Source: Solirubrobacteraceae bacterium
Lineage (GTDB): Bacteria; Actinomycetota; Thermoleophilia; Solirubrobacterales; Solirubrobacteraceae
NCBI GenBank assembly: GCA_030690545.1
Contig: JAUYGN010000079.1
Span: 39,386-103,385 of the forward strand
Direction: 5' to 3'
Length of the DNA: 64,000 nt
Shown here: positions 28,203 to 37,973 of the stretch, piece by piece
Layout of the letters: each line of letters starts with the position of its first letter
Position numbering within the stretch: the stretch's first letter is position 1
Notes under the pieces: generated by a model
What the model saw: only the letters and a program-made list of their open reading frames with translations
Told to the model about the DNA's origin: nothing
Databases searched by the model: none
Translations under genes and position numbers: made by a program

Positions 28203-29180
28203 ATGACCGTCGATCTCGCGGAGCTGCGTCCCGAGGCGATCGAGGCGGCTGAGGCTCGGGCACTGGAGCTGCTCGCCGACGGGCAGGGCGACGAGGCGGT
28301 CTCGCTGCTGCGCGCGATCGTCCACCGCGCGGTCACCAAGCACGGCGACGAAAGCGTGCTGACCGGGATGGCGCAGTCGGGGCTCGCCGACATGCTGCGC
28401 CGCACGGGCGCACCGGAGGCTGACCAGCTCGGCTGCCTGACGGACGCGATCAAGGCGTTCTCGGCCTCCGTCGGGCCGACGGACGCACGGACGACGTCGG
28501 CCTTCACCCGGCTCGCCCACGTCGCGCTCGCCGCCCAGGCCGTCGAGATCGCCGTCACCGCCGGGATGCAGGCACTCGCAGGCCTGCAGGCCCGCGGCGA
28601 GGACGAGACGCCAGTCGCCGGGGGCATCTACGCGGCCCTCGCGATGGCCGCCGCGGCGCGCCGCTCGCCGGCCGCTCCGGGGGCGGCGGAGCGCGCCTAC
28701 CGCTTCACGCAGGACGCCGGCGGCGACGATGCCGATCGCCGGCGGGCCCTCGCGGCCTGGCGGTCGCTCGGCCACCCACGGCGACTGACCGTCAACGACG
28801 CGCTGTCGCTCGTCGCCTTCGGCACGCCGCCCGCGGTCGTCGTCGAGCTCGACCACGTCGCGGACGACGGCGCGCTCGATCAGCACAACCATGCGCTGGC
28901 GCTCGACGCCGCGCGCGACCTGCGGGCGCGGATCGGTGCGCCCCCCTTCGCCTGGCGCGCGTCCTCGAGCGGCTTCGAGGTCGTCAGCAGGTCGGGCGGC
29001 AGCGCGGTCGTGCGCTTCGGACCGCAGGTCGAGCTCGCGCTCGACGCCGGCGAGCTGGACGGCCTGCGCACCGCGCTCGGTGACGCGCTGTCGGGCACGA
29101 GCGCCGCGGACGAGCCGGGCCGCAACGCCCCCTGCCCGTGTGGGTCGGGGCAGAAGCACAAGCGCTGCTGCGGCAGTTGA
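28203..29180 (+). CDS. Hypothetical protein with a C-terminal SEC-C metal-binding motif
   Basis: Ends GRNAPCPCGSGQKHKRCCGS (SEC-C motif). The N-terminal half is helical and TPR-like. Confidence 0.7.
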   Translation: MTVDLAELRPEAIEAAEARALELLADGQGDEAVSLLRAIVHRAVTKHGDESVLTGMAQSGLADMLRRTGAPEADQLGCLTDAIKAFSASVGPTDARTTSAFTRLAHVALAAQAVEIAVTAGMQALAGLQARGEDETPVAGGIYAALAMAAAARRSPAAPGAAERAYRFTQDAGGDDADRRRALAAWRSLGHPRRLTVNDALSLVAFGTPPAVVVELDHVADDGALDQHNHALALDAARDLRARIGAPPFAWRASSSGFEVVSRSGGSAVVRFGPQVELALDAGELDGLRTALGDALSGTSAADEPGRNAPCPCGSGQKHKRCCGS

Positions 29181-29231
29181 ACGGCTGAAGGCAGGCGATC
29201 AACGGGCGGCGGGCACCGTGCTCGTTGCACA

Positions 29232-29245
29232 TTAGGGTACCCTAA
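29232..29245. promoter_or_regulatory. Perfect 14-bp palindrome, candidate DtxR/IdeR-family operator upstream of the siderophore ABC operon
   Basis: TTAGGGTACCCTAA lies 33 bp upstream of the 29278 start. The half-site TTAGG resembles the known IdeR/DtxR iron box (TTAGGTTAGGCTAACCTAA). Confidence 0.5.
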
Positions 29246-29277
29246 CTCGCCGTGTACGCCTGCGCCGACCGTGGAGA

Positions 29278-30333
29278 ATGATGCTCGCCACCCAGCCCCG
29301 CCGCCCTCACCGTCGCAGGCAGCTGGCCGCCGCCGTCGCGGCCGCCGTCCTCGCAGTCGGGCTCGCCGCCTGCGGGAGCGCCGGCGACGACGCGTCCCCG
29401 AGCGCCGTCGCCGCCGATCAAGCCGCCTTCCCGGCCACGATCGCCCACAAGTACGGCACGACGACGATTCCCGCCGAGCCCAAGCGCGTCGTCACGATCG
29501 GCTACACCGACCACGACTACGTGCTCGCCCTCGGCGTCACGCCGGTCGGCGTGCGCGACTGGTTCGGCGATCGTCCGAACGCGACCTGGGCCTGGGCGCA
29601 GGACGCGCTCGGCGACGCGAAGCCCGAGGTCCTGCCGTCCGGGGAGCTGAACTTCGAGCAGATCGCATCGCTGCGCCCCGACCTCATCCTCGGCGTCTAC
29701 TCGGGGATCAAGAGGTCCGACTACACGCGCCTCTCGAAGCTCGCGCCGACCGTCACGCAGACCGACGCGCAGATCGACTACGGCATGCCGTGGCAGGACC
29801 AGCTGCGGATCACGGGCCGCGCGCTGGGTCGCTCCGAGCGCGCCGAGGAGCTCGTCACCGAGCTCGAGGCGAGCTTCGCCAAGGCCCGCGAGGACCATCC
29901 GGAGTTCGACGGCGCAAGCGCCGTGTTCGCCGCCTTCTACCAGGGCTTCGCCGCCTATGCCGGCGACGACCCGCGCCCGCGATTCCTGCGCGCGCTCGGC
30001 CTGAAGACCGCCCCGGAGATCGACAAGCGCGCCGGCGACAGCTTCTTCGTCGACATCAGCAACGAGCGGCTGCGCGAGATCGACAAGGACGTCGTCGTCA
30101 TGTACGGACCGACGAGGGCCGACCGCGAGCAGGTCCTCGACAACCCGCTGTACAAGCGCCTGAACGCCGTCAAGGAGGGCCGCGACGTCTACCTCGACGG
30201 CGAAGACGACCTCACGGGAGCACTGTCGTTCAGCAGCCCGCTGAGCATCCCCTATGCGCTCGCCGAGCTCGTCCCCAGGCTGGCGGCGGCGATCGACGGC
30301 GACCCGGAGACGCGCGTGCCCGAGGCGCGCTGA
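29278..30333 (+). CDS. Iron-siderophore ABC transporter substrate-binding lipoprotein
   Basis: Lipobox LAACGS. Motifs RVVT.GYTD.D..LALGV.PVGV and PDLI..... match the FhuD/FepB-type periplasmic binding protein pattern. Confidence 0.85.
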   Translation: MMLATQPRRPHRRRQLAAAVAAAVLAVGLAACGSAGDDASPSAVAADQAAFPATIAHKYGTTTIPAEPKRVVTIGYTDHDYVLALGVTPVGVRDWFGDRPNATWAWAQDALGDAKPEVLPSGELNFEQIASLRPDLILGVYSGIKRSDYTRLSKLAPTVTQTDAQIDYGMPWQDQLRITGRALGRSERAEELVTELEASFAKAREDHPEFDGASAVFAAFYQGFAAYAGDDPRPRFLRALGLKTAPEIDKRAGDSFFVDISNERLREIDKDVVVMYGPTRADREQVLDNPLYKRLNAVKEGRDVYLDGEDDLTGALSFSSPLSIPYALAELVPRLAAAIDGDPETRVPEAR

Positions 30334-31404
30334 ATGACGCAGGGGGCGGTCGAGCCCCGCGCCAGCACACCCCCGGCGACGGCGCGATCGCGGACGGCGC
30401 TGCTGCCGTCCGCCCGCGGCCGCGTCCTCGGGCTCTGCGCAGCCCTCGTCGCGCTGCTGGCCTGTGCCGTCGGGTCGCTGGCGATCGGATCGCTGGGCAT
30501 CCCGATCGGCGAGGTGCTCGCGGCGTTCACGGCCTTCGACGACTCCGACGCGCACGTCATCGTCACCGAGCTGCGCCTGCCGCGCACGCTGATCGGACTC
30601 GTCGTCGGCGGTGCGCTCGGCGCGGCCGGCGCGCTCATGCAGGGCGTCACGCGCAACCCGCTCGCCGAGCCGGGAATCCTCGGCATCAACGCCGGCGCGT
30701 CGTTCGCGGTCGTGCTCGCGATCTTCGTGCTCGGCGTCTCGTCGGTCGCGCTGTACGCATGGTTCGCCCTGCTCGGCGCGGGCCTCGCCGCGCTGATGCT
30801 CTATGCCCTCGCCGGAGCGGGGCGCGGCGGCGCCACGCCGATCAAGCTCGCGCTGTCGGGAGCCGTGCTGAACGCGCTGCTCGTGGCCCTGACGAGCGCG
30901 GTGCTGACCTTCGACACCGAGACCCTGGAGCAGTTTCGCTTCTGGATCGTCGGCTCGATCGCCGGACGCGACACGGGCGTCCTGCTGTCGGTCGCTCCGT
31001 TCCTCGGCGCCGGGCTGATCATCGCCCTGCTCGCCGGCCGGCGGCTGAACGCGCTGGCGCTCGGCGAGGACGTCGCCCGGTCGCTGGGGCAGAGCGTCGG
31101 CCGCACCCGGGCGGCGTCCGGCGCCGGCTTCGTGCTGCTTGCCGGCGGGGCCGTCGCGGCCGCGGGACCGATCAGCTTCGTCGGCCTGACCGTCCCCCAC
31201 GTCGCCCGCGCGCTCGTCGGTCCCGACTACCGCTGGATCGTGCCGTACAGCATCGTGCTGGGCGCGATCCTGCTGCTGATCAGCGACGTCCTGGGGCGTG
31301 TCGCCGCACCGCCCGGCGAGCTGCAGGTGGGGATCGTCACCGCGATCCTCGGCGCGCCGTTCTTCATCTGGCTCGTGCGACGGCGCAGGCTGGCGTCGCT
31401 GTGA
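30334..31404 (+). CDS. FecCD-family iron-siderophore ABC permease
   Basis: [38 protein letters not shown] and [12 protein letters not shown] are FecCD signatures. Confidence 0.9.
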   Translation: MTQGAVEPRASTPPATARSRTALLPSARGRVLGLCAALVALLACAVGSLAIGSLGIPIGEVLAAFTAFDDSDAHVIVTELRLPRTLIGLVVGGALGAAGALMQGVTRNPLAEPGILGINAGASFAVVLAIFVLGVSSVALYAWFALLGAGLAALMLYALAGAGRGGATPIKLALSGAVLNALLVALTSAVLTFDTETLEQFRFWIVGSIAGRDTGVLLSVAPFLGAGLIIALLAGRRLNALALGEDVARSLGQSVGRTRAASGAGFVLLAGGAVAAAGPISFVGLTVPHVARALVGPDYRWIVPYSIVLGAILLLISDVLGRVAAPPGELQVGIVTAILGAPFFIWLVRRRRLASL

Positions 31405-32450
31405 TGACGCGCCGGGTCACCGTACGCACGCAGTCGATCTCGCTGCGCCTGGACATGCGCGTGCTCGGCCTGCTCGGCGCGCTCGGCGTCGCGACGCTGC
31501 TGGCGCTGACGCTCAGCGTCGGCCGCGGCGACTTTCCGATCGCCCCACTCGAGGTGCTCTCGACGCTGACGGGCGCCGGCGACGAGGCGACGCGCTTCGT
31601 CGTGCTCGAGCTGCGCCTGCCGCGCGCCCTGACGGCGGTGCTCACCGGCATCGCGCTCGGCATCGCCGGCGCGATCTTCCAGGACCTCGCACGCAACCCG
31701 CTCGTCTCGCCCGACATCATCGGCATCAGCGCCGGCGCCTCCTTCGCGGCGGTGTCGCTGATCGTGCTCGGCGACACGAGCGGCGTGATCTCGGTCCCGC
31801 TGGCCGCCCTCGGCGGCGCGATCGCCGCCGGTGTCGCGCTGTACCTGCTGGCCTGGCGCGGAGGCGTGCAGGGATACCGGCTCGTGCTCGTCGGCATCGG
31901 CGTCGCGGCGCTGCTGCACGCGGGGATCGACTACGTCTTCACGCGCGGCCAGATCTTCCAGGTGGCCGAGGCCTACGTCTGGCTCGTCGGCTCGCTGAAC
32001 GCCCGCGGCTGGGAGCACGTCTGGCCGCTCGCCGGCGCGCTCGCCGTGCTGCTGCCGCTCGCGCTCGCGCTCGGCCGCCAGCTCGAGGTGCTCCAGCTCG
32101 GCGACGACGTCGCCCGCGCGCTCGGGATCGGCGTCGAACGCGCGCGCCTGGCGCTGCTGGCGGTCGCCGTCGTGCTGACGGGGATCGCCGTCTCCGCCGC
32201 CGGCCCGATCGCGTTCGTCGCGTTCATCGCGCCGCACATCGCGCGGCGCATCTGCGGCACCGTCTCGCCGTCCGGCGTGCTGCCCGTCGCCGCCGCGACC
32301 GGCGCGCTGCTCGTCCTGTCAGCCGACCTGATCGGGCGACTCGCGTTCGCGCCCAACGGCGTCCCGGTCGGCATCGTGACGGCGATCATCGCCGCGCCGT
32401 ACTTCCTGCTCCTGCTGCGCCGCGCCAACCTCCTGGGGGCCACCGGATGA
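31404..32450 (+). CDS. FecCD-family iron-siderophore ABC permease (second subunit)
   Basis: [22 protein letters not shown]...[15 protein letters not shown]. The ATG overlaps the upstream stop. An alternative GTG lies at 31401. Confidence 0.85.
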   Translation: MTRRVTVRTQSISLRLDMRVLGLLGALGVATLLALTLSVGRGDFPIAPLEVLSTLTGAGDEATRFVVLELRLPRALTAVLTGIALGIAGAIFQDLARNPLVSPDIIGISAGASFAAVSLIVLGDTSGVISVPLAALGGAIAAGVALYLLAWRGGVQGYRLVLVGIGVAALLHAGIDYVFTRGQIFQVAEAYVWLVGSLNARGWEHVWPLAGALAVLLPLALALGRQLEVLQLGDDVARALGIGVERARLALLAVAVVLTGIAVSAAGPIAFVAFIAPHIARRICGTVSPSGVLPVAAATGALLVLSADLIGRLAFAPNGVPVGIVTAIIAAPYFLLLLRRANLLGATG

Positions 32451-33316
32451 CCGAGCCGTTGCTGCAGACCGCCGCCGTCACGCTCGCCTACGACGAGCGC
32501 GTCGTCGTCCACGAGCTCGACCTCGTCATCCCGCAGGGCATGGTGACCGCCGTCGTCGGAGCCAACGGCTGCGGCAAGTCGACCCTGCTGCGAGCGCTCG
32601 CGCGCCTGATGCGCCCGCGCGGCGGCAGCGTGCTGCTCGACGGCGCGTCGATCGCCACGCTCCCGAGCCGCGAGATCGCCAAGCGCCTCGGGATCCTCCC
32701 CCAGTCCCCGCTCGCGCCCGACGGGCTGGCCGTCGAGGATCTCGTCGGGCGCGGCCGCTACCCGCACCAGACGCTGTTTCGCCACTGGTCGGCCGAAGAC
32801 GAGGCCGCCGTCGAGTCGGCGCTCGCCGCGACGGGCACGAGCGAGCTGCGCGCCCGGCCGCTCGACGAGCTCTCCGGCGGCCAGCGCCAGCGCGCCTGGA
32901 TCGCGATGACGCTCGCCCAGGAGACCGAGATCCTGCTGCTCGACGAGCCGACGACCTTCCTCGACCTGACGCACCAGATCGAGGTGCTCGACCTGCTCGA
33001 CGATCTCGTCGACGCGCACGGGCGCACGGTCGTCATGGTGCTGCACGACCTCAACCAGGCGTGTCGCTACGCCGACCACATCGTCGCGATGCGCGACGGG
33101 CGCATCCACGCGGCCGGGGCCCCCGGCGACGTCGTCGACGCGGCGCTCGTGCAGGACGTCTTCGGCCTCCAGGCCCGCGTGATCGACGATCCCGTGACGG
33201 GAACGCCGCTGTGCCTGCCGACGGGCCGGCGAGCGGACGCCACGAACCGCCGGCGCGCGCGCAGCACCGGCCCGGATCCGAGGCCGTCAGGCGCCGAAGC
33301 GGACCGTCAGGCCTGA
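32447..33316 (+). CDS. Iron-siderophore ABC transporter ATP-binding protein
   Basis: Walker [12 protein letters not shown], signature LSGGQRQR, Walker [12 protein letters not shown], and H-loop VLHDLN. Confidence 0.9.
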   Translation: MTEPLLQTAAVTLAYDERVVVHELDLVIPQGMVTAVVGANGCGKSTLLRALARLMRPRGGSVLLDGASIATLPSREIAKRLGILPQSPLAPDGLAVEDLVGRGRYPHQTLFRHWSAEDEAAVESALAATGTSELRARPLDELSGGQRQRAWIAMTLAQETEILLLDEPTTFLDLTHQIEVLDLLDDLVDAHGRTVVMVLHDLNQACRYADHIVAMRDGRIHAAGAPGDVVDAALVQDVFGLQARVIDDPVTGTPLCLPTGRRADATNRRRARSTGPDPRPSGAEADRQA

Positions 33317-34570
33317 CGGATAGGGACCGGCGAACCGCAGCTTGCCGGGATCCCCCTGGGCCCGCTGCAGGCGCGGGCCCTCCAGCAGCGCCGTCGCCAG
33401 CGCCGGCAGCTGGGCACGGACGATGTGCTCGCCATAGCACGTGTGCAGGCCGTGGCCGAAGAGCATGTAGTCGCTCCAGGGGCGGTCGACGCGAAACTCG
33501 CCGGGCGCCTCGATCGCGCGCTCGTCGTGCATCGCCGACAGCGTCGCCGCGAAGACCGTCGAGCCGGCCTTGACCGTCGTCTCCCGGTCGCTGCCGGCGG
33601 CGATCGTCGTGTCCTGCGGGACGTAGCGCAGCAGCGCGAAGTTCTGCGGCCGGAAGCGCGAGGCCTCGAAGGCGTAGCGGCCGACGAGCTCGCGATCTCC
33701 GGCGCGCGCGGCCTGCTGGGCACGCTCGAGCTCGTCGTCGCGCCCGAGCAGCTCCTCGACGACGCGCGCGAAGGCGTTGGAGATCGTCGGGATCCAGCCG
33801 GTGATGTTGCCGAGGATGTTGTGGCGGATCGCGATGTCGTGGAAGTTCGGCTCGTCCTCGGACTGCAGGCGCAGCAGCCGCGTCAGGACGTCGTCGGGGA
33901 CGTCCTCGCCGGCCTTCAGCTGCGCCTTGCGCACGGCGATCTGACGGTCGAGGTGCGGGCGCCATCGCGCCGCGTCGGCGAGCGCACGCTCGCGGACCGG
34001 CGCGAGGTTGCCGACGTTGATGAACAGCTCCTGGAAGACGTTGCGCGCCCAGCGCAGGTGCGTCGCCCTGTCGGGGCCCGGGGTGCCGAAGTACTCGCCG
34101 ATCGTGCGGTCGACCGCCGGATCGGCGAGCTGCGAGACGACGTCGATCTCTCCGTCGTCGTCGCGGCGCTCGGCGACGAGCGCGCGGGCGAGCTCGTACA
34201 TGCGATCGCCGATCATCGGCAGGTCCTCGCGCAGCACCGCGCGGTCCATCGCGGCGTGGTCGTGGCGATACAGCGGCGTGTCGTCGACGCCGAGGATGAA
34301 GGGCCCCGTGATCGCGACCATCTTCGGCCCGTACAGGTCGACGGTGAAGCGCGCCGGATCGCCCAGCACCTCCTTGACGTCCTCGTTGCGCGTCACGATC
34401 GTCGTCGACCCGGCGCTGACGATCGGCCGGTGGCGGCGCATGAGGGCGAACGTCTTGAGCGCCGACGAGTCGGCGACGCGACCGAAGACGTCGGCGAGCC
34501 CGACCTGCAGGCGGTCCTTGTCGCCGCTGAGACGGTCGAGCGCGGTGCGGATCGCGTCGTCGAGGCCCAT
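33287..34570 (-). CDS. Cytochrome P450
   Basis: Heme-thiolate loop [10 protein letters not shown] (FxxGxxxCxG) and the K-helix ExxR (EASR). Confidence 0.85.
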   Translation of the reverse strand: MGLDDAIRTALDRLSGDKDRLQVGLADVFGRVADSSALKTFALMRRHRPIVSAGSTTIVTRNEDVKEVLGDPARFTVDLYGPKMVAITGPFILGVDDTPLYRHDHAAMDRAVLREDLPMIGDRMYELARALVAERRDDDGEIDVVSQLADPAVDRTIGEYFGTPGPDRATHLRWARNVFQELFINVGNLAPVRERALADAARWRPHLDRQIAVRKAQLKAGEDVPDDVLTRLLRLQSEDEPNFHDIAIRHNILGNITGWIPTISNAFARVVEELLGRDDELERAQQAARAGDRELVGRYAFEASRFRPQNFALLRYVPQDTTIAAGSDRETTVKAGSTVFAATLSAMHDERAIEAPGEFRVDRPWSDYMLFGHGLHTCYGEHIVRAQLPALATALLEGPRLQRAQGDPGKLRFAGPYPSGLTVRFGA

Positions 34571-34579
34571 GCCGACCGG

Positions 34580-35992
34580 CTATCCGGTCGTGCCGTCGGC
34601 GAGCGCGGCGAGGGCCGTCATGCCGGGCACGAACAGATACTCGCCGCCGCGCGTCGTGACGAACGTCTCCTGCGGCGACAGCAGGAACGGCGGCTTGCCC
34701 TGGATCGTCATCTTGCCCTTGCCGAACGGGTCGCCGAGCAGGTAGTCCTTGTCGTTGCCGAGGCCGAAGATGTTGCCGGCGTTCAGCCACTGCACCTGGA
34801 CGCCCTCGAACTGGCGCGAGATGCTCGCCTGGAAGCTCACGAAGACGAGGCCGCGGTCGACCCCGTCGTCCTCCATGACGCCCTCCGGCAGGACCGCTCC
34901 ATACGGCATGCCGCGGCGGATCATGCGGTGGCGGAAGCTCAGGCTGCCGCCCCAGCCGAGCGCGTCGCGCGGGTTGGAGCGGCGGATGTGCGATCCGAGC
35001 GGGCAGCGCATCCCGTCGAGATCGTCGTCGTAGCGAAAGTCGTTGGCCTGCGACGAGGAGGGGTGGAACTCGTCGTCGGGCGCGTCGGGGTGCGTGACGA
35101 GCGGCGTGCCGTTGGCCCAGCGGCCGACGACCTTCGCCGACAGCAGGTCCTCGTCGCCGGCCGTGTAGAGCTTCGCGGCCGCGCGCATCGTGCGCCGCCA
35201 CAGCGCGACGTCCTGGTAGAGCTTGCGCCAGACCATGTACGTGCCGCTGCGACCGAGCGGGTCGGCGGGCATGTTCGGCAGCCGCCGCTGGGGATCGACG
35301 CGCGTGTCCTCGTCCGGGTAGCCGAGGATGAACTCACCGGGCGCGAACGCGCGCCAGCCGCCGTCCTGCAGCGGGATCCCGCCGCCGCGCACCTTGCGCT
35401 CGGTCGCGCCCTCGACCGCCGGCTGCGCGAAGCCGTCGGCGTAGCCGAAGTGCTCGCGCGCCCCGGGCAGCATCTCGGTGTCCTCCTGGTAGATGACGCG
35501 CACCCCGCCGGCGGCCTTCATCGCCGCCTTCATCTTGCCCAGCGCGCGCTTGTGGTCGACGGGCTGCTGCGCGTTGATCGTCAGCAGCACGTGGGTCTCG
35601 CCCGTTCCGAGGCCCCGCTCCCACTGCGACGGCGCGCTCGGGCCGACGTCGCCGAGCAGCACCGCTCGCGCGGCATCCGACATGCCCTCGCGAAACTCAC
35701 GCGAGAAGCTGCCGACCTTGTCGTCGGAGACGCCGAGCGCGCGCAGTCCAGGCGCCGTCAGCGCGACGTTCAGCGTCGTCAGCGGCTTCTCGCCGCGCGG
35801 CCACGGGTTGGCCGTCGTGACGTGGTCGACGACGCCGGAGAACCACGCCCGCGCCTGCTCAGGCGCGCAGTCGATGTGCACGAACGCGTACGACGTGCAG
35901 TCGTACGTGTTGCCGTAGGCGCGCAGGATGTCGCCCTGGATGTCGCCGAAGTCGATGTGCACCGGCGGGTGCTGCTTGGCCCCGGGCGCCAT
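34580..35992 (-). CDS. DyP-type (dye-decolorizing) haem peroxidase
   Basis: N-terminal DIQGDILR, the GxxDG motif (FGYADGFAQP), proximal-His region HIRRSNPRD, and LVFVSFQ. Start at 35992 (MAPGAKQ) overlaps the upstream stop by 1 nt. Confidence 0.85.
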   Translation of the reverse strand: MAPGAKQHPPVHIDFGDIQGDILRAYGNTYDCTSYAFVHIDCAPEQARAWFSGVVDHVTTANPWPRGEKPLTTLNVALTAPGLRALGVSDDKVGSFSREFREGMSDAARAVLLGDVGPSAPSQWERGLGTGETHVLLTINAQQPVDHKRALGKMKAAMKAAGGVRVIYQEDTEMLPGAREHFGYADGFAQPAVEGATERKVRGGGIPLQDGGWRAFAPGEFILGYPDEDTRVDPQRRLPNMPADPLGRSGTYMVWRKLYQDVALWRRTMRAAAKLYTAGDEDLLSAKVVGRWANGTPLVTHPDAPDDEFHPSSSQANDFRYDDDLDGMRCPLGSHIRRSNPRDALGWGGSLSFRHRMIRRGMPYGAVLPEGVMEDDGVDRGLVFVSFQASISRQFEGVQVQWLNAGNIFGLGNDKDYLLGDPFGKGKMTIQGKPPFLLSPQETFVTTRGGEYLFVPGMTALAALADGTTG

Positions 35993-36564
35993 CAGCCGCC
36001 GAACTCCCGCACGAACGCGGCCTGCAGCGCCGCCGGGTCGAGCCCCTGCGAGTCGGTGGCGAAGGCGATCATCTGCTCGCGCTGCGCCAAGGCGTCCTTG
36101 ACGACCGGCACCGTGGCGTCCCCGTAGGGCGTGAAGAACAGCCCGCAGTCGACCTGGTTGTGCTTGAGATAGGCCTTCAGCGCGGCCCCCTCGGCCTGCA
36201 CCGGACAGCCGACGCAGCGCCCCCAGACCTCCGCCGCCTCGGTCGCGAGCTTGCTGCACAGCTCGTCGAGGTAGCTGTCGAGATCACCGTCGAAGTTGCT
36301 CGTGAAGACGAGGTAGGGCAGCTCGAGGTGCTCGGCCCTGCGCTGGCCCCAGGCCCTGTCGTTGACGAAGTCGGTGATGATCACCCAGCGCGCGATGTGC
36401 GTGCGCTCGAGCTTGGCCAGCGGACTCGGGCGATCGTCGTCGTAGAGGCCCTCGAGGTAGGCGCGCAGCGCATCCTCCTCGCCGGGCCGGATCGGCGTCA
36501 TCGCCTGGAAGCCGTAGGCCTGCCCGACGACGTTGGGATCGCGGCGGCGGAGCATCACAGGCAC
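35992..36564 (-). CDS. Uncharacterised protein, HxARW / SNF(D/N)G family, paralogue B
   Basis: ...THIARWVII...YLVFTSNFDGDLDSYLDEL...VWG...KAYLKHN... About 25-30% identical, by eye, to the gene immediately upstream. Confidence 0.7.
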   Translation of the reverse strand: MPVMLRRRDPNVVGQAYGFQAMTPIRPGEEDALRAYLEGLYDDDRPSPLAKLERTHIARWVIITDFVNDRAWGQRRAEHLELPYLVFTSNFDGDLDSYLDELCSKLATEAAEVWGRCVGCPVQAEGAALKAYLKHNQVDCGLFFTPYGDATVPVVKDALAQREQMIAFATDSQGLDPAALQAAFVREFGG

Positions 36565-37253
36565 CCCTGGACGTCGGTCAGCAGGCGCTCGTAGGCGGCG
36601 GCGAACGCCTCGGGATCCATCTGCGCCGCGCGGCCGCGCAGCGGCGCGAGCCTGCCGTCGAGCTCCAGCGCGCGCAGGACCATCGTCGTCGTCGCCTCCG
36701 GGTAGGCGCAGTAGTAGTGGCTGGCCTCCGTCTCGTTGCGCTGGATGTAGGTCTTGAAGGGCGCGGTCGGCAGCGGCTTGGGGAAGCCGAACGAGCTGCC
36801 CCAGAACGCCGTCATCCCGTCGGTCAGGATGTGGGAGAAGGCGTCGATGTACTCCTCCCAGCCGCCGTTGAAGTTGCTCTCGAAGTACATGTGCGCGTAG
36901 CGGAAGCGGCGCTTGCGCTGGGGCGGCCCGTTGTAGGGCAGCCTGCGGATCAGCGACCAGCGCGCGAAGTGGATGAACGACAGCTCGCGCAACGTCTCGG
37001 TCAGCTTCGGCCGCGCCGCCGTGACGGCGAACAGGATCGGCAGGAAGAGCCTGCCCGGGATCGGCAGCACGACGTCGCCGACGACCGGCAGCTTGAGCTG
37101 CATCCGCAGCGGCCGGATCGTGCTGAAGACCGTGATCGCGATCACCTGACCGGCGTAGTTGCGGTCCGAGCTCGAACCGGTGGCCGTCGGCGGGATGGCT
37201 GGGGCTTGCGCGCTCACCGCGGGCAACGTACGCGGCGTTCCGGAGCGCGTCAA
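36555..37253 (-). CDS. Uncharacterised protein, HxARW / SNF(D/N)G family, paralogue A
   Basis: ...FIHFARWSLI...HMYFESNFNGGWEEYIDAF...FWG...KTYIQRN... Overlaps paralogue B by 10 nt. Confidence 0.7.
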   Translation of the reverse strand: MTRSGTPRTLPAVSAQAPAIPPTATGSSSDRNYAGQVIAITVFSTIRPLRMQLKLPVVGDVVLPIPGRLFLPILFAVTAARPKLTETLRELSFIHFARWSLIRRLPYNGPPQRKRRFRYAHMYFESNFNGGWEEYIDAFSHILTDGMTAFWGSSFGFPKPLPTAPFKTYIQRNETEASHYYCAYPEATTTMVLRALELDGRLAPLRGRAAQMDPEAFAAAYERLLTDVQGCL

Positions 37254-37289
37254 GGGCGCCGGCGGCGCGCCAGGCGCGGTCGCCCGCGT

Positions 37290-37973
37290 TCAGGCGTCCG
37301 GCTCGACGCGCATCGCGCGCGCCAGCGCGCCGCCGAGAACGTGCTCGCCGTCGCCGAACCGCACGGTCAGCGGACCCTCGAATGGCTGCCGGGCGCTGAT
37401 CTCGCAGCGATCGCCGATCGCGATCCCGCGCTCGGCCAGGTAGCGCAGCATCTCGGGATCCGAGTCCGAGACGCGCACGAAGCGCCCGCTCGCGCCGACC
37501 GGCAGGCTGTCGAGCGCCTCGGTGCTGCCCTCGTCGATGACGAGGTCCGAGTCGGGGATCGGATCGCCGTGCGGGTCGTGGGTCGGGTGGCCGAGCTTGG
37601 CCGCGATCCGCGCCTCGAGATCCTCGGAGAGCACGTGCTCGAGCGCCTCGGCCTCCTCGTGCACGCGGTCCCAGGGCACGTCGAGGTGCTCGGCGAGGTA
37701 GAGCTCCAGCAGCCGGTGGTGGCGCAGCATCTCCAGCGCCAGCCGCTCGCCGGCCGGCGTCAGGCGGACGCCGTGGTAGGGCTCGTGGATCGCCAGCCCC
37801 TGCTCGGCGAGCTTCTTGACCATCGCCGATGCCGACGCGGCCGTCACGCCGCAGCGCTCGGCGAGCGCGTTCGTGCTGACGGCCTCGCCGGCGGCGCGCT
37901 GCTGCAGCGAGTAGATCGACTTCGCGTAGTCCTCGATCGCGCTGCTGCGCGCGGCGGCTGACTCGACGGCCAT
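37290..37973 (-). CDS. DtxR/IdeR/MntR-family metal-dependent transcriptional regulator with a C-terminal FeoA/SH3-like domain
   Basis: IEDYAKSIYSL...STNALAERCGVTAASASAMVKKLAEQGL....YHGV.LT..GE..AL...RHHRLLE.YL...L...WD.VHEEAE.LEH. Start from counting 227 aa back from the stop. Confidence 0.9.
   Translation of the reverse strand: MAVESAAARSSAIEDYAKSIYSLQQRAAGEAVSTNALAERCGVTAASASAMVKKLAEQGLAIHEPYHGVRLTPAGERLALEMLRHHRLLELYLAEHLDVPWDRVHEEAEALEHVLSEDLEARIAAKLGHPTHDPHGDPIPDSDLVIDEGSTEALDSLPVGASGRFVRVSDSDPEMLRYLAERGIAIGDRCEISARQPFEGPLTVRFGDGEHVLGGALARAMRVEPDA

Noticed and set aside
29242-31200. 652-aa minus-strand ORF over the siderophore ABC genes
   Set aside because: It is antisense to the substrate-binding and FecCD permease genes. 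Its sequence is Arg/Gly/Asp-rich with no domain signal.
29271-31400. First two thirds of the 1059-aa plus-strand ORF
   Set aside because: This part lies out of frame over the SBP and first permease genes. Only the last 349 residues (from 31404) match a FecCD permease.
34580-35992. DyP as encapsulin cargo
   Set aside because: No encapsulin shell (HK97-fold) gene is adjacent. The DyP C-terminus (...ALAALADGTTG) does not look like the Gly/Ser/Leu-rich targeting peptide I would expect.
33425-36127. 900-aa ORF on the plus strand
   Set aside because: It is antisense to the P450 and DyP genes, both of which carry diagnostic haem-enzyme motifs. It has no recognisable motifs and a composition-driven sequence.
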